DNA of 63,946 nucleotides, the filler included, from Octopus bimaculoides (lineage: Eukaryota): NCBI RefSeq assembly GCF_001194135.2. It is 5 parts of 5 records of this genome, joined end to end, with 100 filler letters (N's around TTAATTAATTAA, not from the genome) between each part and the next. Parts side by side here need not be neighbours in the genome. Positions count along the whole stretch, not along the records: positions 1 to 27,088 come from NC_069005.1; 4 more parts are not named here. One strand, 5' to 3'. The translations under genes and the position numbers were made by a program. Below, piece after piece: positions 12,923 through 25,160 of the stretch. The stretch's first letter is position 1; every line of letters begins with the position of its first letter. Under the pieces are notes generated by a model. That model made no database searches. It saw nothing but the letters and a program-made list of their open reading frames with translations, and had not been told where the DNA came from.

Positions 12923-14249
12923 TCTATTTGTGGCTGTCTGTCTGTCCGTCTGTCTCTATCTATTCTTCCTTCCTTATAGTATACTGTTCTATTAGGTAAG
13001 AGATAAACATTGATTGATGCACAAAGCATAGATTTTTCTGAGATACTGATAGTTTCATGCAACGAAAATGGCACAGCATTTTCTAACATGTCTGGTACCT
13101 TCTTGCAATCTTCAGATTGCTTATAAAAATATAAATATATATATATATATGTATATATNNNNNNNNNNNNNNNNNNNNNNNNNNNNNNNNNNNNNNNNNN
13201 NNNNNNNNNNNNNNNNNNNNNNNNNNNNNNNNNNNNNNNNNNNNNNNNNNNNNNNNNNNNNNNNNNNNNNNNNNNNNNNNNNNNNNNNNNNNNNNNNNNN
13301 NNNNNNNNNNNNNNNNNNNNNNNNNNNNNNNNNNNNNNNNNNNNNNNNNNNNNNNNNNNNNNNNNNNNNNNNNNNNNNNNNNNNNNNNNNNNNNNNNNNN
13401 NNNNNNNNNNNNNNNNNNNNNNNNNNNNNNNNNNNNNNNNNNNNNNNNNNNNNNNNNNNNNNNNNNNNNNNNNNNNNNNNNNNNNNNNNNNNNNNNNNNN
13501 NNNNNNNNNNNNNNNNNNNNNNNNNNNNNNNNNNNNNNNNNNNNNNNNNNNNNNNNNNNNNNNNNNNNNNNNNNNNNNNNNNNNNNNNNNNNNNNNNNNN
13601 NNNNNNNNNNNNNNNNNNNNNNNNNNNNNNNNNNNNNNNNNNNNNNNNNNNNNNNNNNNNNNNNNNNNNNNNNNNNNNNNNNNNNNNNNNNNNNNNNNNN
13701 NNNNNNNNNNNNNNNNNNNNNNNNNNNNNNNNNNNNNNNNNNNNNNNNNNNNNNNNNNNNNNNNNNNNNNNNNNNNNNNNNNNNNNNNNNNNNNNNNNNN
13801 NNNNNNNNNNNNNNNNNNNNNNNNNNNNNNNNNNNNNNNNNNNNNNNNNNNNNNNNNNNNNNNNNNNNNNNNNNNNNNNNNNNNNNNNNNNNNNNNNNNN
13901 NNNNNNNNNNNNNNNNNNNNNNNNNNNNNNNNNNNNNNNNNNNNNNNNNNNNNNNNNNNNNNNNNNNNNNNNNNNNNNNNNNNNNNNNNNNNNNNNNNNN
14001 NNNNNNNNNNNNNNNNNNNNNNNNNNNNNNNNNNNNNNNNNNNNNNNNNNNNNNNNNNNNNNNNNNNNNNNNNNNNNNNNNNNNNNNNNNAGTTTACTAT
14101 CTTTATATGTGCACAAAGGATAAACCCTTTGTAATTTATGTCTGAAGTCAACAGCTCCCTCAACCCTTTCCCAGTCACTGTGAACTCTTGACATCGGTTT
14201 ATTATTGGCTGGTTCCCCTTTGAACACTGATTAGCTTTTGCAGATAGAT

Positions 14250-14285
<36 letters not shown>

Positions 14286-16357
14286 ATGAAAGAGAATGAA
14301 GGAAAGAATGAGAGAGAGAGAGCAAACTCTCAAAGTCCCTAGCTTACTACATACATATGGCAGGCTCACATTATTAGTTACATACACTGGTATAATTAGT
14401 ACACACCATTTAGTACATTTTACTAACTACATACATACAGTCAGCCAGTGAGTTTGAAGTAACTGCTAGATCTCTTTCTCGACATTTCATTGGTCGGTTT
14501 GTCTTACTAAACTGACATTGCTAGTGTTCAGTTTCTAACCATTCATTCCCCCCCAACAGTGGCGGCAGAAAAGCCAGTGAAGATGCTACTTCATAGTAGA
14601 CCAGTGCTTGTAGAATGATGGGTGAGTTGGTGGCTTGCCTACCAAAGTCTTTTCTCTTGTATGTTGGTTTAGAATGTACGTGTGTGTGTGTGAGTCTGAG
14701 TGTACATCTGTGTGTGTGTGCGTGAGTGTACATCTCTGCATGTATGTGTGGAGATAAAGTTTACTTTGAAAGGTATCTTTTTCTTTTACTCGTTTCAGTC
14801 ATTTGACTCTGTGGCCATGCTGGGGCACTGCCTTGAAGAATTTTTAGTCAATTGTATCACCCTCAGGACTTAATTTTTTGCTAAGCTTGTTACTTATTCT
14901 ATCAGTTTTTTCTTTTTTTTTTTTTTTTTNNNNNNNNNNNNNNNNNNNNNNNNNNNNNNNNNNNNNNNNNNNNNNNNNNNNNNNNNNNNNNNNNNNNNNN
15001 NNNNNNNNNNNNNNNNNNNNNNNNNNNNNNNNNNNNNNNNNNNNNNNNNNNNNNNNNNNNNNNNNNNNNNNNNNNNNNNNNNNNNNNNNNNNNNNNNNNN
15101 NNNNNNNNNNNNNNNNNNNNNNNNNNNNNNNNNNNNNNNNNNNNNNNNNNNNNNNNNNNNNNNNNNNNNNNNNNNNNNNNNNNNNNNNNNNNNNNNNNNN
15201 NNNNNNNNNNNNGAATCGCTAAGTTATGGGGACATAAACACACCAACACCAGTAGAGGAGGACAAACACAAACATCCCCCCCCCTACACACACATATATA
15301 CACAATGGGCTTGCTCCAATTTCCGTCTACCAAATCCTCTTTGGTCAGTCCGAGGCTATAGCAGAAGACACTTGCCCAAAGTGCCACGTATTGGAACTGA
15401 ACCCAGAACCATGTGGTTATGAAGCCAGCTTCTTACCGCACAGTCATGCCTGCACCTATTTGGAAGCAATTAACTGTGTCAATACTCAAACCAGCATTCA
15501 TGAATTGTCCAAGTGAATCACAAGACCCCCAGGTCCCCTCCTTTGCTGTGACCTTATCTTTGAAGAATTCTGTATGGATTGGTTGTATTCCTCACAGTTT
15601 TGTAGTGTAAAGATGACAACGGCATTGATATTCCAAAGTCTGGGATAATAATAGCAGCTTCTAGAATAGATCTGTTAGTGGAAGCACTTTCTATTATTAT
15701 TCTTACCTGCCCTGAAGCATTTAGCATTTGTAATCATAGGTTTATTTATAACTTGCTTCCCATCCCAATTTGATAAGCATTTTGATGACAATTCCAATAT
15801 TACCTTGAGATGTTTACTTTCTGTATTATCTTAGGCATACACGCATGCACACACACACCTACATGTGCATGCATGCACACCCACACACAAGTAACGTGTG
15901 TAGGTGTGCTTTCACAGAAATTCTATACATAACTCTTTGTGTGATCATAGAAATATTTCTCTCTGTTTTATACAATCACTGATGTGTGTGTATATGTGTG
16001 TGTGTACCTATGTGTGTATATATATATGTGTGTGTGTGTGTGTACATACATGTCTGTGTATATATATATATGTATGTATGTGTGTGTGTATGTATGTATA
16101 TATAAGTAAATAATCCATATTATAGCAGTAGTAGATATATTCTTTCATATCACAACAATCACAGAAAGTCGGGCTTTAACCAAGCATTTCATAATACCCT
16201 TAAAGCCAGGAACTTTCCAGCGGTTTACCTATCACAGTTTATTATTTAAGCTTACATTGATTCCTCCGTGGTGTTGTTTTGCATTTATAATAAAATAAAT
16301 ATATACAAACTAAAAAACTAAGAAGAAAAAATATCCAGTAGAGTACTGTTTCTACTT

Positions 16358-16424
16358 TGCGAATTTTCACCTATCGCAGGGGATTTTGGAACGTAACACT
16401 CGCGATAGTCGAGGGATTAATGTA
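16358..16424 (+). mobile_element. Tigger/pogo-like DNA transposon right terminus
   Basis: ...CGCGATAGTCGAGGGATTAATG|TA resembles Tigger-type TIR ends (recalled consensus CGAGGGATNACTG|TA). Confidence 0.55.
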
Positions 16425-16426
16425 TA

Positions 16427-17542
16427 CACAAGGGGGCACTGAAAAGTTCCCAGCTTTGTGTAAAAGAAAATACAGGAGGGTTAGTTATGATTTTATTCAA
16501 CATATTCCCCTCTCAGATTCACATACAGACACACACACATATATATATGAGGGGGTGTGGAATAGGTCCTGGCTTTAAGGGTATCACAAAAGGCCTGGTT
16601 GGAGGCCCAACCTTCTGAGTTCTTTTACAGGGCTTAGAAAAACTGAAGGACCGCTGCAATAAGTGTGTGAATCTGAGAGGGGAATATGTTGAATGAAATC
16701 ACAATTAACTGATCCTCCTGTATTTTCTTTTACCCAAAGCCAGGAACTTTCAGTACACCCTTGTACATAATATGTATATATATATATATACATGAGGGGG
16801 TGCTGAAAACTTCCTGGCTTTAAGGGTATCATGAAAGGCCTGGTTGAAGGCCCAACCTTAGAAAAGGGCTTAGAAAAACTGAAGGGTTGCTGCAATAAGT
16901 GTGTGAATCTGAGAGGGGAATATGTTGAATGAAATCACAATTAACTGATCCTGCTGTATTTTTCTTTTACCCAAAGCCAGGAACATTTCAGCACCCACCC
17001 CCGTCATATAAGGATATAAGAATGCCATTAGATGGTGGAATATTTATCTAAAGTTGTTATGGCATGACAAATATGGATATAGTTGTTACAACATGGTGAA
17101 TATATATGAATGGTTGGTTATAACATGGTTATAAGACTGTTATCAGACGGGAATATATCTATGGTTGTTATGACACGGCAAATAACGTCTGTGTTGTAGC
17201 ATGACTAATAATGAGTGTGGTGTTTATGACATGGTGACTACGACGACCATGGTCGAATGACAAATACGGATATCAATGCAATTACATGACAGATATCTCT
17301 ATGGGTTTCATAAAAAATATCTATATCAGAGAGTGCTGAAAAGTTCCTGGCTTTGGCTAAAAGAAAATACAGGAGGATCAGTTAATTATGATTTTATTCA
17401 ACATAATCCCCTCTCAGATTCACACCCTTGTTGCAGTGGTCCTTCAGTTTTTTTTAAGCCCCGTAAAAGAACTTGGAAAGTTGGCCCTCCAGCCAGGCCT
17501 TTTGCAATACTCTTAAAGCCAGGAATTTTTCAGCACTCTCTG

Positions 17543-17640
<98 letters not shown>

Positions 17641-17858
17641 GTGGAGTACTGAAAAGTTCCTGGCTTTGGGTAAAAGAAAATACTGAAGAATCAGTTAATT
17701 ATGATTTTATTTAACATAATCCCCTCTCAAATTCACACATGTATTGCAGCAGTCCTTCTGGTTTTCCGAAGCCTTGTAAAAGAACTGGAAAGGTTGGGCC
17801 TCAAATCAGGCCTTTTGCAATATCCTTAAAGCCAGAAACTTTTCAGCACTTCTTCATA
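16427..17858. mobile_element. Cluster of mariner MITEs, same family as 12705-12922: 16427-16526(-, partial), 16546-16765(+), 16790-17008(+), 17325-17542(-), 17637-17858(-)
   Basis: Each full copy has both TIRs and the AATAAGTGTGTGAATCTGAGAGGGGAATATGTTGAAT core or its reverse complement. Confidence 0.88.
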
Positions 17859-17917
17859 TGTAATGCTATCAACCATAGATACACTCACCATCATAGACAA
17901 CCAAATCCTTATTTGCC

Positions 17918-17990
17918 ATGTTATAACAACCATATCATGTTATAACAACCATATCATGTTATAACAACCATATCATGTTATAACAACTAT
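17918..17990. repeat. 19-bp tandem repeat CATGTTATAACAACCATAT, ~4 copies; related inverted degenerate block at ~17045-17270
   Basis: Direct reading. Confidence 0.85.
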
Positions 17991-18008
17991 GGACACTTGT
18001 TTCTCTGG

Positions 18009-18088
18009 GATTGGTCAAATGATAGACACCTGATGAGACCCCAATTAGGATCGAAAATTGATTCCAGCTGTTCATCATTTTACCAGTC
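18009..18088 (+). ncRNA. Type I hammerhead-ribozyme-like motif, probably decayed
   Basis: CTGATGA (18030-36), stem II GACCC/CAATTA/GGATC and GAAA (18053-56). 18009-18029 pairs with 18068-18088 (16 Watson-Crick + 2 G-U of 21) as a long stem I. Stem III and the NUH triplet are imperfect. Confidence 0.55.
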
Positions 18089-18584
18089 TATGGACAAATA
18101 GTTAAATTTGCCCTTTTTTCTGTTTTCTATATAGAAAATATGTCACATATATCATATATCATTTCTTGATGCTGTTTGGACTGAGATCCCAGTTGATAAG
18201 CTGCTGATATTAAATAAGATGTTAAATGCTTATTATATTATGCAAGTTAGTTCGCTCATTTCTCTGAAGCTACTGGATTTGTTGTGTATCATAAACAGAT
18301 TGACTACTTGTTTTTTTTGGATTGGTTAAGTGATGTGGACACTTCTGATAAGTTTTGAAAATTGGTTAACTCTTTAGCAGGCATGGTTGTGTGGTAAGAA
18401 GCTTGCTTTCCAACTGCATGGCTCCAGGTTCATTCCCACAGTGTGGCACCTTGGGAAAGTGTCTTCCTCAGGCCATTATAAACTGAGGTGACGAGCTGAC
18501 AGCATTGTTAGCATGCTGGGCAAAATGCTTCATGACATTTTGCCCATTTTGTGCCAGAATTTGAAGCCAATATTTAGATAAACT

Positions 18585-18893
18585 AAGGCAGCAAACTGGC
18601 AGAATTGTGAGCACGCTGGATGACGTGCTTTGTAGTATTTTGTCTGCCATTACATTCTGAGTTCAAATTCCGCCGAGGTCGACTTTGCTTTTCATCCTTT
18701 CGGGGTCGATAAATTAAGTACCAGTTATGCACTGGGGTCGATGTAATCGACTTAATCCCTTTGTCTGTCCTTGTTTGTCCCCTCTGTGTTTAGCCCCTTG
18801 TGGGCAATAAAGAAATCAGAATTGTTAGCACATTGGGCAAACTGTTTTGTCGAATTTTGTCCATCTTTATGTTCTGAGTTCAAAATTCTGCTG
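18585..18893 (+). mobile_element. tRNA-derived SINE, family C (Meta-domain-like core), with a head-to-tail second partial copy
   Basis: GAGCTGGCAGAA..GTTAGCA head and GAGGTCGACTTTGCCTTTCATCCTTTCGGGGTCGATAAATTAAGTACCAG core. The core resembles the Sauria/MetaSINE central domain as I recall it. Confidence 0.85.
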
Positions 18894-19608
18894 TAAACAT
18901 ATATTTACATTACAGGAAATGTGTCAAGGCCGACAGGAAGTGGTGCAGCTTCCTAGGTCTAACCAACAGTAGTATTATTCCCTTCAGGGGACTGCCACAT
19001 TAAGTTGACAGCATACAACTACTTCNNNNNNNNNNNNNNNNNNNNNNNNNNNNNNNNNNNNNNNNNNNNNNNNNNNNNNNNNNNNNNNNNNNNNNNNNNN
19101 NNNNNNNNNNNNNNNNNNNNNNNNNNNNNNNNNNNNNNNNNNNNNNNNNNNNNNNNNNNNNNNNNNNNNNNNNNNNNNNNNNNNNNNNNNNNNNNNNNNN
19201 NNNNNNNNNNNNNNNNNNNNNNNNNNNNNNNNNNNNNNNNNNNNNNNNNNNNNNNNNNNNNNNNNNNNNNNNNNNNNNNNNNNNNNNNNNNNNNNNNNNN
19301 NNNNNNNNNNNNNNNNNNNNNNNNNNNNNNNNNNNNNNNNNNNNNNNNNNNNNNNNNNNNNNNNNNNNNNNNNNNNNNNNNNNNNNNNNNNNNNNNNNNN
19401 NNNNNNNNNNNNNNNNNNNNNNNNNNNNNNNNNNNNNNNNNNNNNNNNNNNNNNNNNNNNNNNNNNNNNNNNNNNNNNNNNNNNNNNNNNNNNNNNNNNN
19501 NNNNNNNNNNNNNNNNNNNNNNNNNNNNNNNNNNNNNNNNNNNNNNNNNNNNNNNNNNNNNNNNNNNNNNNNNNNNNNNNNNNNNNNNNNNNNNNNNNNN
19601 NNNNNNNN

Positions 19609-19646
<38 letters not shown>

Positions 19647-21179
19647 TTATGATCATCATCTCATCATCATCATCATTTACCATCCGTTTTCCATGCTGGC
19701 ATGGGTTGGATAGTTTGACTGAGCTGGTAAAGCCAGGGGTTGCATCAGGCTCCATTGTCTGTTCTGGCATGGTTTTCTACAGCTGGATGCCCTTCCTAAT
19801 CCCAACCAGTGCACAGAGTGTACTGGGGGGTGCTTTTTATGTAGCACCAGTGCTTTTAACATGCCCCCCCTTCCCCTCCGCAGCACTGGTATCAATTCTA
19901 CTGTGGTAGACAGGTGTTCTCGAGTACAGCAGTGCAAGAGATATCTCGGTCCTTAGTAATCTTTTTCGTAAGGCTCAGTGTCTTCAGGTCAACCTTCAGT
20001 AGTTTATACCACACATAAATGTGTGTGTGTGTGTGTGTGCATTGGTGTGTGCGCATCTGTATTCATTCATTCATTCATTCATTGCAATTCTCTATATGCC
20101 TGACCCTCCTCACTCATTGCTGGTTGCTATTATAAGACTCACATCTGAGACAACATACATCTCGTTTTTCTTCTTCTTTTTTTCTTTTCTCCTCATGCGG
20201 GTCTTCCTTTAACTTGGCTTTACACCAATTGTTGTGGCACACTGTGTGTTCTTAGTTGGCTCCGAGCCATAAATGTACTGGATATCAGAGAATGCTTAAC
20301 TTCTTACAGGTTGGAAACTGACGAATTATGTTTGCGGCATCATTTTTTTTCTTTTTTTTTTTTTCTTTTTCTGCGTTCTATATTGGAATATTACAGATGA
20401 GCACATACAAACAGACACACTCGCTCTCAAATACACTTACACTCAAATACACATTCATTCAAACACACACACACACACGCACGCTCTCTCTCTCTCTCTC
20501 TCTCTCTCTTGCATTTCTCATTTTTCCTTGGATAAGAAAATATTAGTCTACATAAATCTACTTCAAATTGAGTAGAAAAATATTCACTCAAAGTATGCAT
20601 GCATGTGTCNNNNNNNNNNNNNNNNNNNNNNNNNNNNNNNNNNNNNNNNNNNNNNNNNNNNNNNNNNNNNNNNNNNNNNNNNNNNNNNNNNNNNNNNNNN
20701 NNNNNNNNNNNNNNNNNNNNNNNNNNNNNNNNNNNNNNNNNNNNNNNNNNNNNNNNNNNNNNNNNNNNNNNNNNNNNNNNNNNNNNNNNNNNNNNNNNNN
20801 NNNNNNNNNNNNNNNNNNNNNNNNNNNNNNNNNNNNNNNNNNNNNNNNNNNNNNNNNNNNNNNNNNNNNNNNNNNNNNNNNNNNNNNNNNNNNNNNNNNN
20901 NNNNNNNNNNNNNNNNNNNNNNNNNNNNNNNNNNNNNNNNNNNNNNNNNNNNNNNNNNNNNNNNNNNNNNNNNNNNNNNNNNNNNNNNNNNNNNNNNNNN
21001 NNNNNNNNNNNNNNNNNNNNNNNNNNNNNNNNNNNNNNNNNNNNNNNNNNNNNNNNNNNNNNNNNNNNNNNNNNNNNNNNNNNNNNNNNNNNNNNNNNNN
21101 NNNNNNNNNNNNNNNNNNNNNNNNNNNNNNNNNNNNNNNNNNNNNNNNNNNNNNNNNNNNNNNTACACAATAAAAATTG

Positions 21180-21560
21180 GATTATATTTACAATGTTCGA
21201 TTGAAACATTGCTCATTACAGATGCAATTTGTAATGGCTTTCCTGAAGGGTAGGCATCCGACCACCAGGGTAGACCCCTTGCTTTTTCTTTCCCTTGTTT
21301 TTGGCTTCCACTTACCTGGTGCCAAACACTCCCAGCTTCCTCGTCACAGGCTTCCATTTTCTCATGAATCTGTCTCGTGACAGGTACCTCTTCTCCAGCC
21401 TGATCTTACTACTAAGGTGGTAACAAAAAAAGTTAACTAACCCCGCTGGCCAGATACAAAGGTATCCATCACTATGCCTCTTACACACGTCACACAGCCA
21501 CTCCTAATCAAAAGTGACACTGTAAAGAGCAACACACAACCAAAATCAGGTTCAATAGTG
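21180..21560 (-). mobile_element. Tx1/L1-clade LINE 3' fragment (decayed ORF2 C-terminus + 3' UTR)
   Basis: The minus strand reads ...DTFVSGQ/GLVNFFCYHLSSKIRLEKRYLSRDRFMRKWKPVTRKLGVFGTR* with one frameshift. It resembles Tx1-type ORF2 ends and the 60040-60270 fragment. Confidence 0.6.
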
Positions 21561-22929
21561 GGTTCCATTTTCTGCTCCAGTATTCACTATTTTGTGCAAG
21601 ACACCAAAAAGGGGTTTCATGTGATTTGCATAATGTTTCTCCTCTACTGTTACATCGTTATTTCAGCATTTTAATGAAATATGTGTATGTCCCATAAAGC
21701 TATGAACACCACACCTGTTTTTTCGGCTTGTTCTTATTTTTTTTCTGTTTATATTAATGTTTGTTACAGAGACTCTTATGCAAACACATGTATATATTTA
21801 TATACGTATTTACACGTGTGCATATATTCATAGACTAATTTATATAGAGAGAGATTTTTTAAAGAGCAAAGTACATTAATCTTTTAATTCTTTGTTTTGA
21901 TTAGACTAATTAGCTTGCTAATAGCTCTTTTATCCCAAATTTTAATCTCTCAAACATTGCGTTGGTTAAGAACTGTCTCAGTTTATAGGGTGAGTGGTGT
22001 GTGTGTGTGTGTGTATGTGTGTGTGTGATACATATTCATACAATAGACCAAATCAGTTTTGTTTAGTATATGTCTATGTTTGTATATGAAATCAATATCA
22101 ACACTCATCCAAAGTACATACCACATTCATTTTTTTTCGTCTCTATTAAATTTGAACATCTCTCTCTCTCTCTCTCTGTTCATTCATTTTTATGTCCGTG
22201 TTTCCATGTTTGCCTGGAGTGTGGCTCTTTTATCTCCTTTTTCTCTTTTACTTGTTTCAGTCATTTGACTGCGGCCATGCTGGAGCACCGCCTTTTAGTC
22301 AAGCAAATCGACCCCAGGACTTATTCNNNNNNNNNNNNNNNNNNNNNNNNNNNNNNNNNNNNNNNNNNNNNNNNNNNNNNNNNNNNNNNNNNNNNNNNNN
22401 NNNNNNNNNNNNNNNNNNNNNNNNNNNNNNNNNNNNNNNNNNNNNNNNNNNNNNNNNNNNNNNNNNNNNNNNNNNNNNNNNNNNNNNNNNNNNNNNNNNN
22501 NNNNNNNNNNNNNNNNNNNNNNNNNNNNNNNNNNNNNNNNNNNNNNNNNNNNNNNNNNNNNNNNNNNNNNNNNNNNNNNNNNNNNNNNNNNNNNNNNNNN
22601 NNNNNNNNNNNNNNNNNNNNNNNNNNNNNNNNNNNNNNNNNNNNNNNNNNNNNNNNNNNNNNNNNNNNNNNNNNNNNNNNNNNNNNNNNNNNNNNNNNNN
22701 NNNNNNNNNNNNNNNNNNNNNNNNNNNNNNNNNNNNNNNNNNNNNNNNNNNNNNNTAGATTATTATTATTATTTAAAACAGTTTGATTTTGCCCCATGCA
22801 GCTTAAAGTTTTGTTTCGCAGGCCACTTTCCAGAAACGCAGCTCATTCAGGCGTAATTAACTGACTTAATGTCACATTGCTCCAGTCTACGCAGCTAAAA
22901 ATGAGTAACAGCTGACTGCTCTAGCAGCC

Positions 22930-22964
<35 letters not shown>

Positions 22965-23745
22965 AGTTGCTCTGCTGTCTTCGATATTCTGCTCTGTGTG
23001 TGTGTGTGTCTTTGTGTCTGTTTGTCCATCACCACTGCTTGACAGCCAGTGTTGGTGTGTTTACATCCCTGTAATGTAGCAGTTTGGTAAAAAAAAAAAA
23101 AGAATCAATAGAATAAGTACTAGGCTTTAAAAACATGTATTGCAGTTGGTTCATTTGACTAAAAATTCTTCACGGCAGTGCTCCAGCAGGGCCTCAGTCT
23201 AATGCCTGAAACAAGTAAAAGGAAAGATATATGTGTATGTGTTCATTTATTTATATGTGTGTCTGTGTGTTGTGTGTATTTCATTTATATTTATATATCA
23301 TTTATTCATTTGCATACATAATGATTAGTTAAAAGACCTCTATTGATTCATATTTTCTGTGCAATTAGAAGACAAAATGTGTCTGGATGAGGAATGTGTT
23401 AAAATCTAAAAACAGCAAGCATGGAACATAACTCTAATAACATCAACTAACCCAGTTAGAAGTGGGTCTCAATATCAGATATTGCCATCATGATATTGTA
23501 TATTATCATCTTTAAACCGAGGTGAGTGACAGACATGTTTCAGTCTTATTTGGTTTCCTCAGCAATGCATATTAAAAGAAAAAAAGAAAAAATCATCTTA
23601 ATTATATTGCAAGAATTATTAGAACACATAGGTAGTTTGCTCATTAGGCATACAGCCGTGAAGGGGTTAATGAATTTGAAACATTTCTGGTCCCTATTTG
23701 CCCTTGTTTTCCATTCTGAAATGTTGAGATGCTTTTATTAGCACA

Positions 23746-23832
<87 letters not shown>

Positions 23833-24864
23833 CCTCTCTCTCCATTTTGCCCACCTCCTGTAGAAAAATATGCATGTATTTTTAGCATATTGTGTTATTA
23901 TTAGTCAGTATATCCTTGAAAGCCTTCAGGAATATTTCTGGTATTCCACAGATATTTCTAGGCTGGGCTACAAGAGAGAAAAGGTTACCACATGGTAGAG
24001 CACATGAGTGTGTGTGTGTACGTATGTATGTGTGTGTGTGTTGTTGTTGTTCTTGTTCTTGTTCACTTGCTTCAAAATTCTGTTGAGCCTGTGAAGTGCT
24101 TCTTTACTCTTGACGTTTTGTTTCTGCTAAATGTATTCATCATCTTTGTCATTGTTGTCATCGTCATCGTCATCACTGTCATCATTACCACCAGCAACAC
24201 CACCACCTCTGTTGTTTATCACCAACACCACCATCATAATTGTCATTGTCACCACCACCACCACCATCATTGTCATTATCATCATCATCATTATCATCAC
24301 CATTGCCAACATGACTGCCATCTCNNNNNNNNNNGTCATTGTCACCACCACCACCACCATCATTGTCATTATCATCATCATCATTATCATCACCATTGCC
24401 AACATGACTGCCATCTCCATCCCCCTCCTCCCCCCTCCTCCTCCTCCTCCTCCTCCTCCTCATCATCATCATCATCATCATGTGAAGAGTACATGTGCTT
24501 CTCTCTCCTGGATGCCTTCTGCAGCTCTTAAGTAGTGTATTTAGTTATAAGCTTTTTTTTTTCTCTTTTCCTTACTTTGAGTGTATGTGAGTGAGGAATG
24601 TATGTATGTATGTATGTGTGTATGTACATGTGGGCATCAGCTCTGTTTGTGCCCAGTTACATGCTACCACCACCCTCCCTCCTCCCTGTAACTCTCAGTT
24701 ATCACCACCTCTCCCCAATCCTCATGTTAGGAACATTCATCACTCCCTCTTACCATTGTTCATCTCAGTTAATACCCATGACTCTCTCTCTGTCAGTCTC
24801 TCTCTCTTTCTTTCAACTCCTCCTCCTTGTCTACTCTGTTTCTATCCCCATACCATCATCAGAG

Positions 24865-25160
24865 TGAAGGTGCATGGTTCAGTGGTTAGAGTGTGTTGTG
24901 TCCTTGAGCAAGACACTTTATTTCACGTTGCTCCAGTCTACTCAGCTGTAAAAATTAGTTGCAACATCACTGGTGCCAAGCTGTATCGGCCCCTATGCCT
25001 TTCCCTGGGATAACATCAGTGGCATGGAGAGGGGAGGCTGGTATGCATGGGCGACTGCTTGTCTTCCATAAACAACCTTGTCCAGACTTGTGCTTCAGAG
25101 GGGAGCTTTCTAGGTGCAATCCCATGGTCAGTCATGACCGAAGGAGGGCTTTACCCTTTA
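24865..25160 (+). mobile_element. SINE family B copy
   Basis: Starts GTGAAGGTGCATGGTTCAGTGGTTAGAG; reverse complement of 5290-5643 with a short deletion after the head. Confidence 0.85.

Noticed and set aside
14091-14250. Two open minus-strand frames running into a gap
   Set aside because: Short, unrecognisable, and extended artificially by Ns.
24230-24423. Direct duplication around a 10-N gap
   Set aside because: It is low-complexity sequence duplicated across a contig join, most likely an overlap artefact like 57099-57613.
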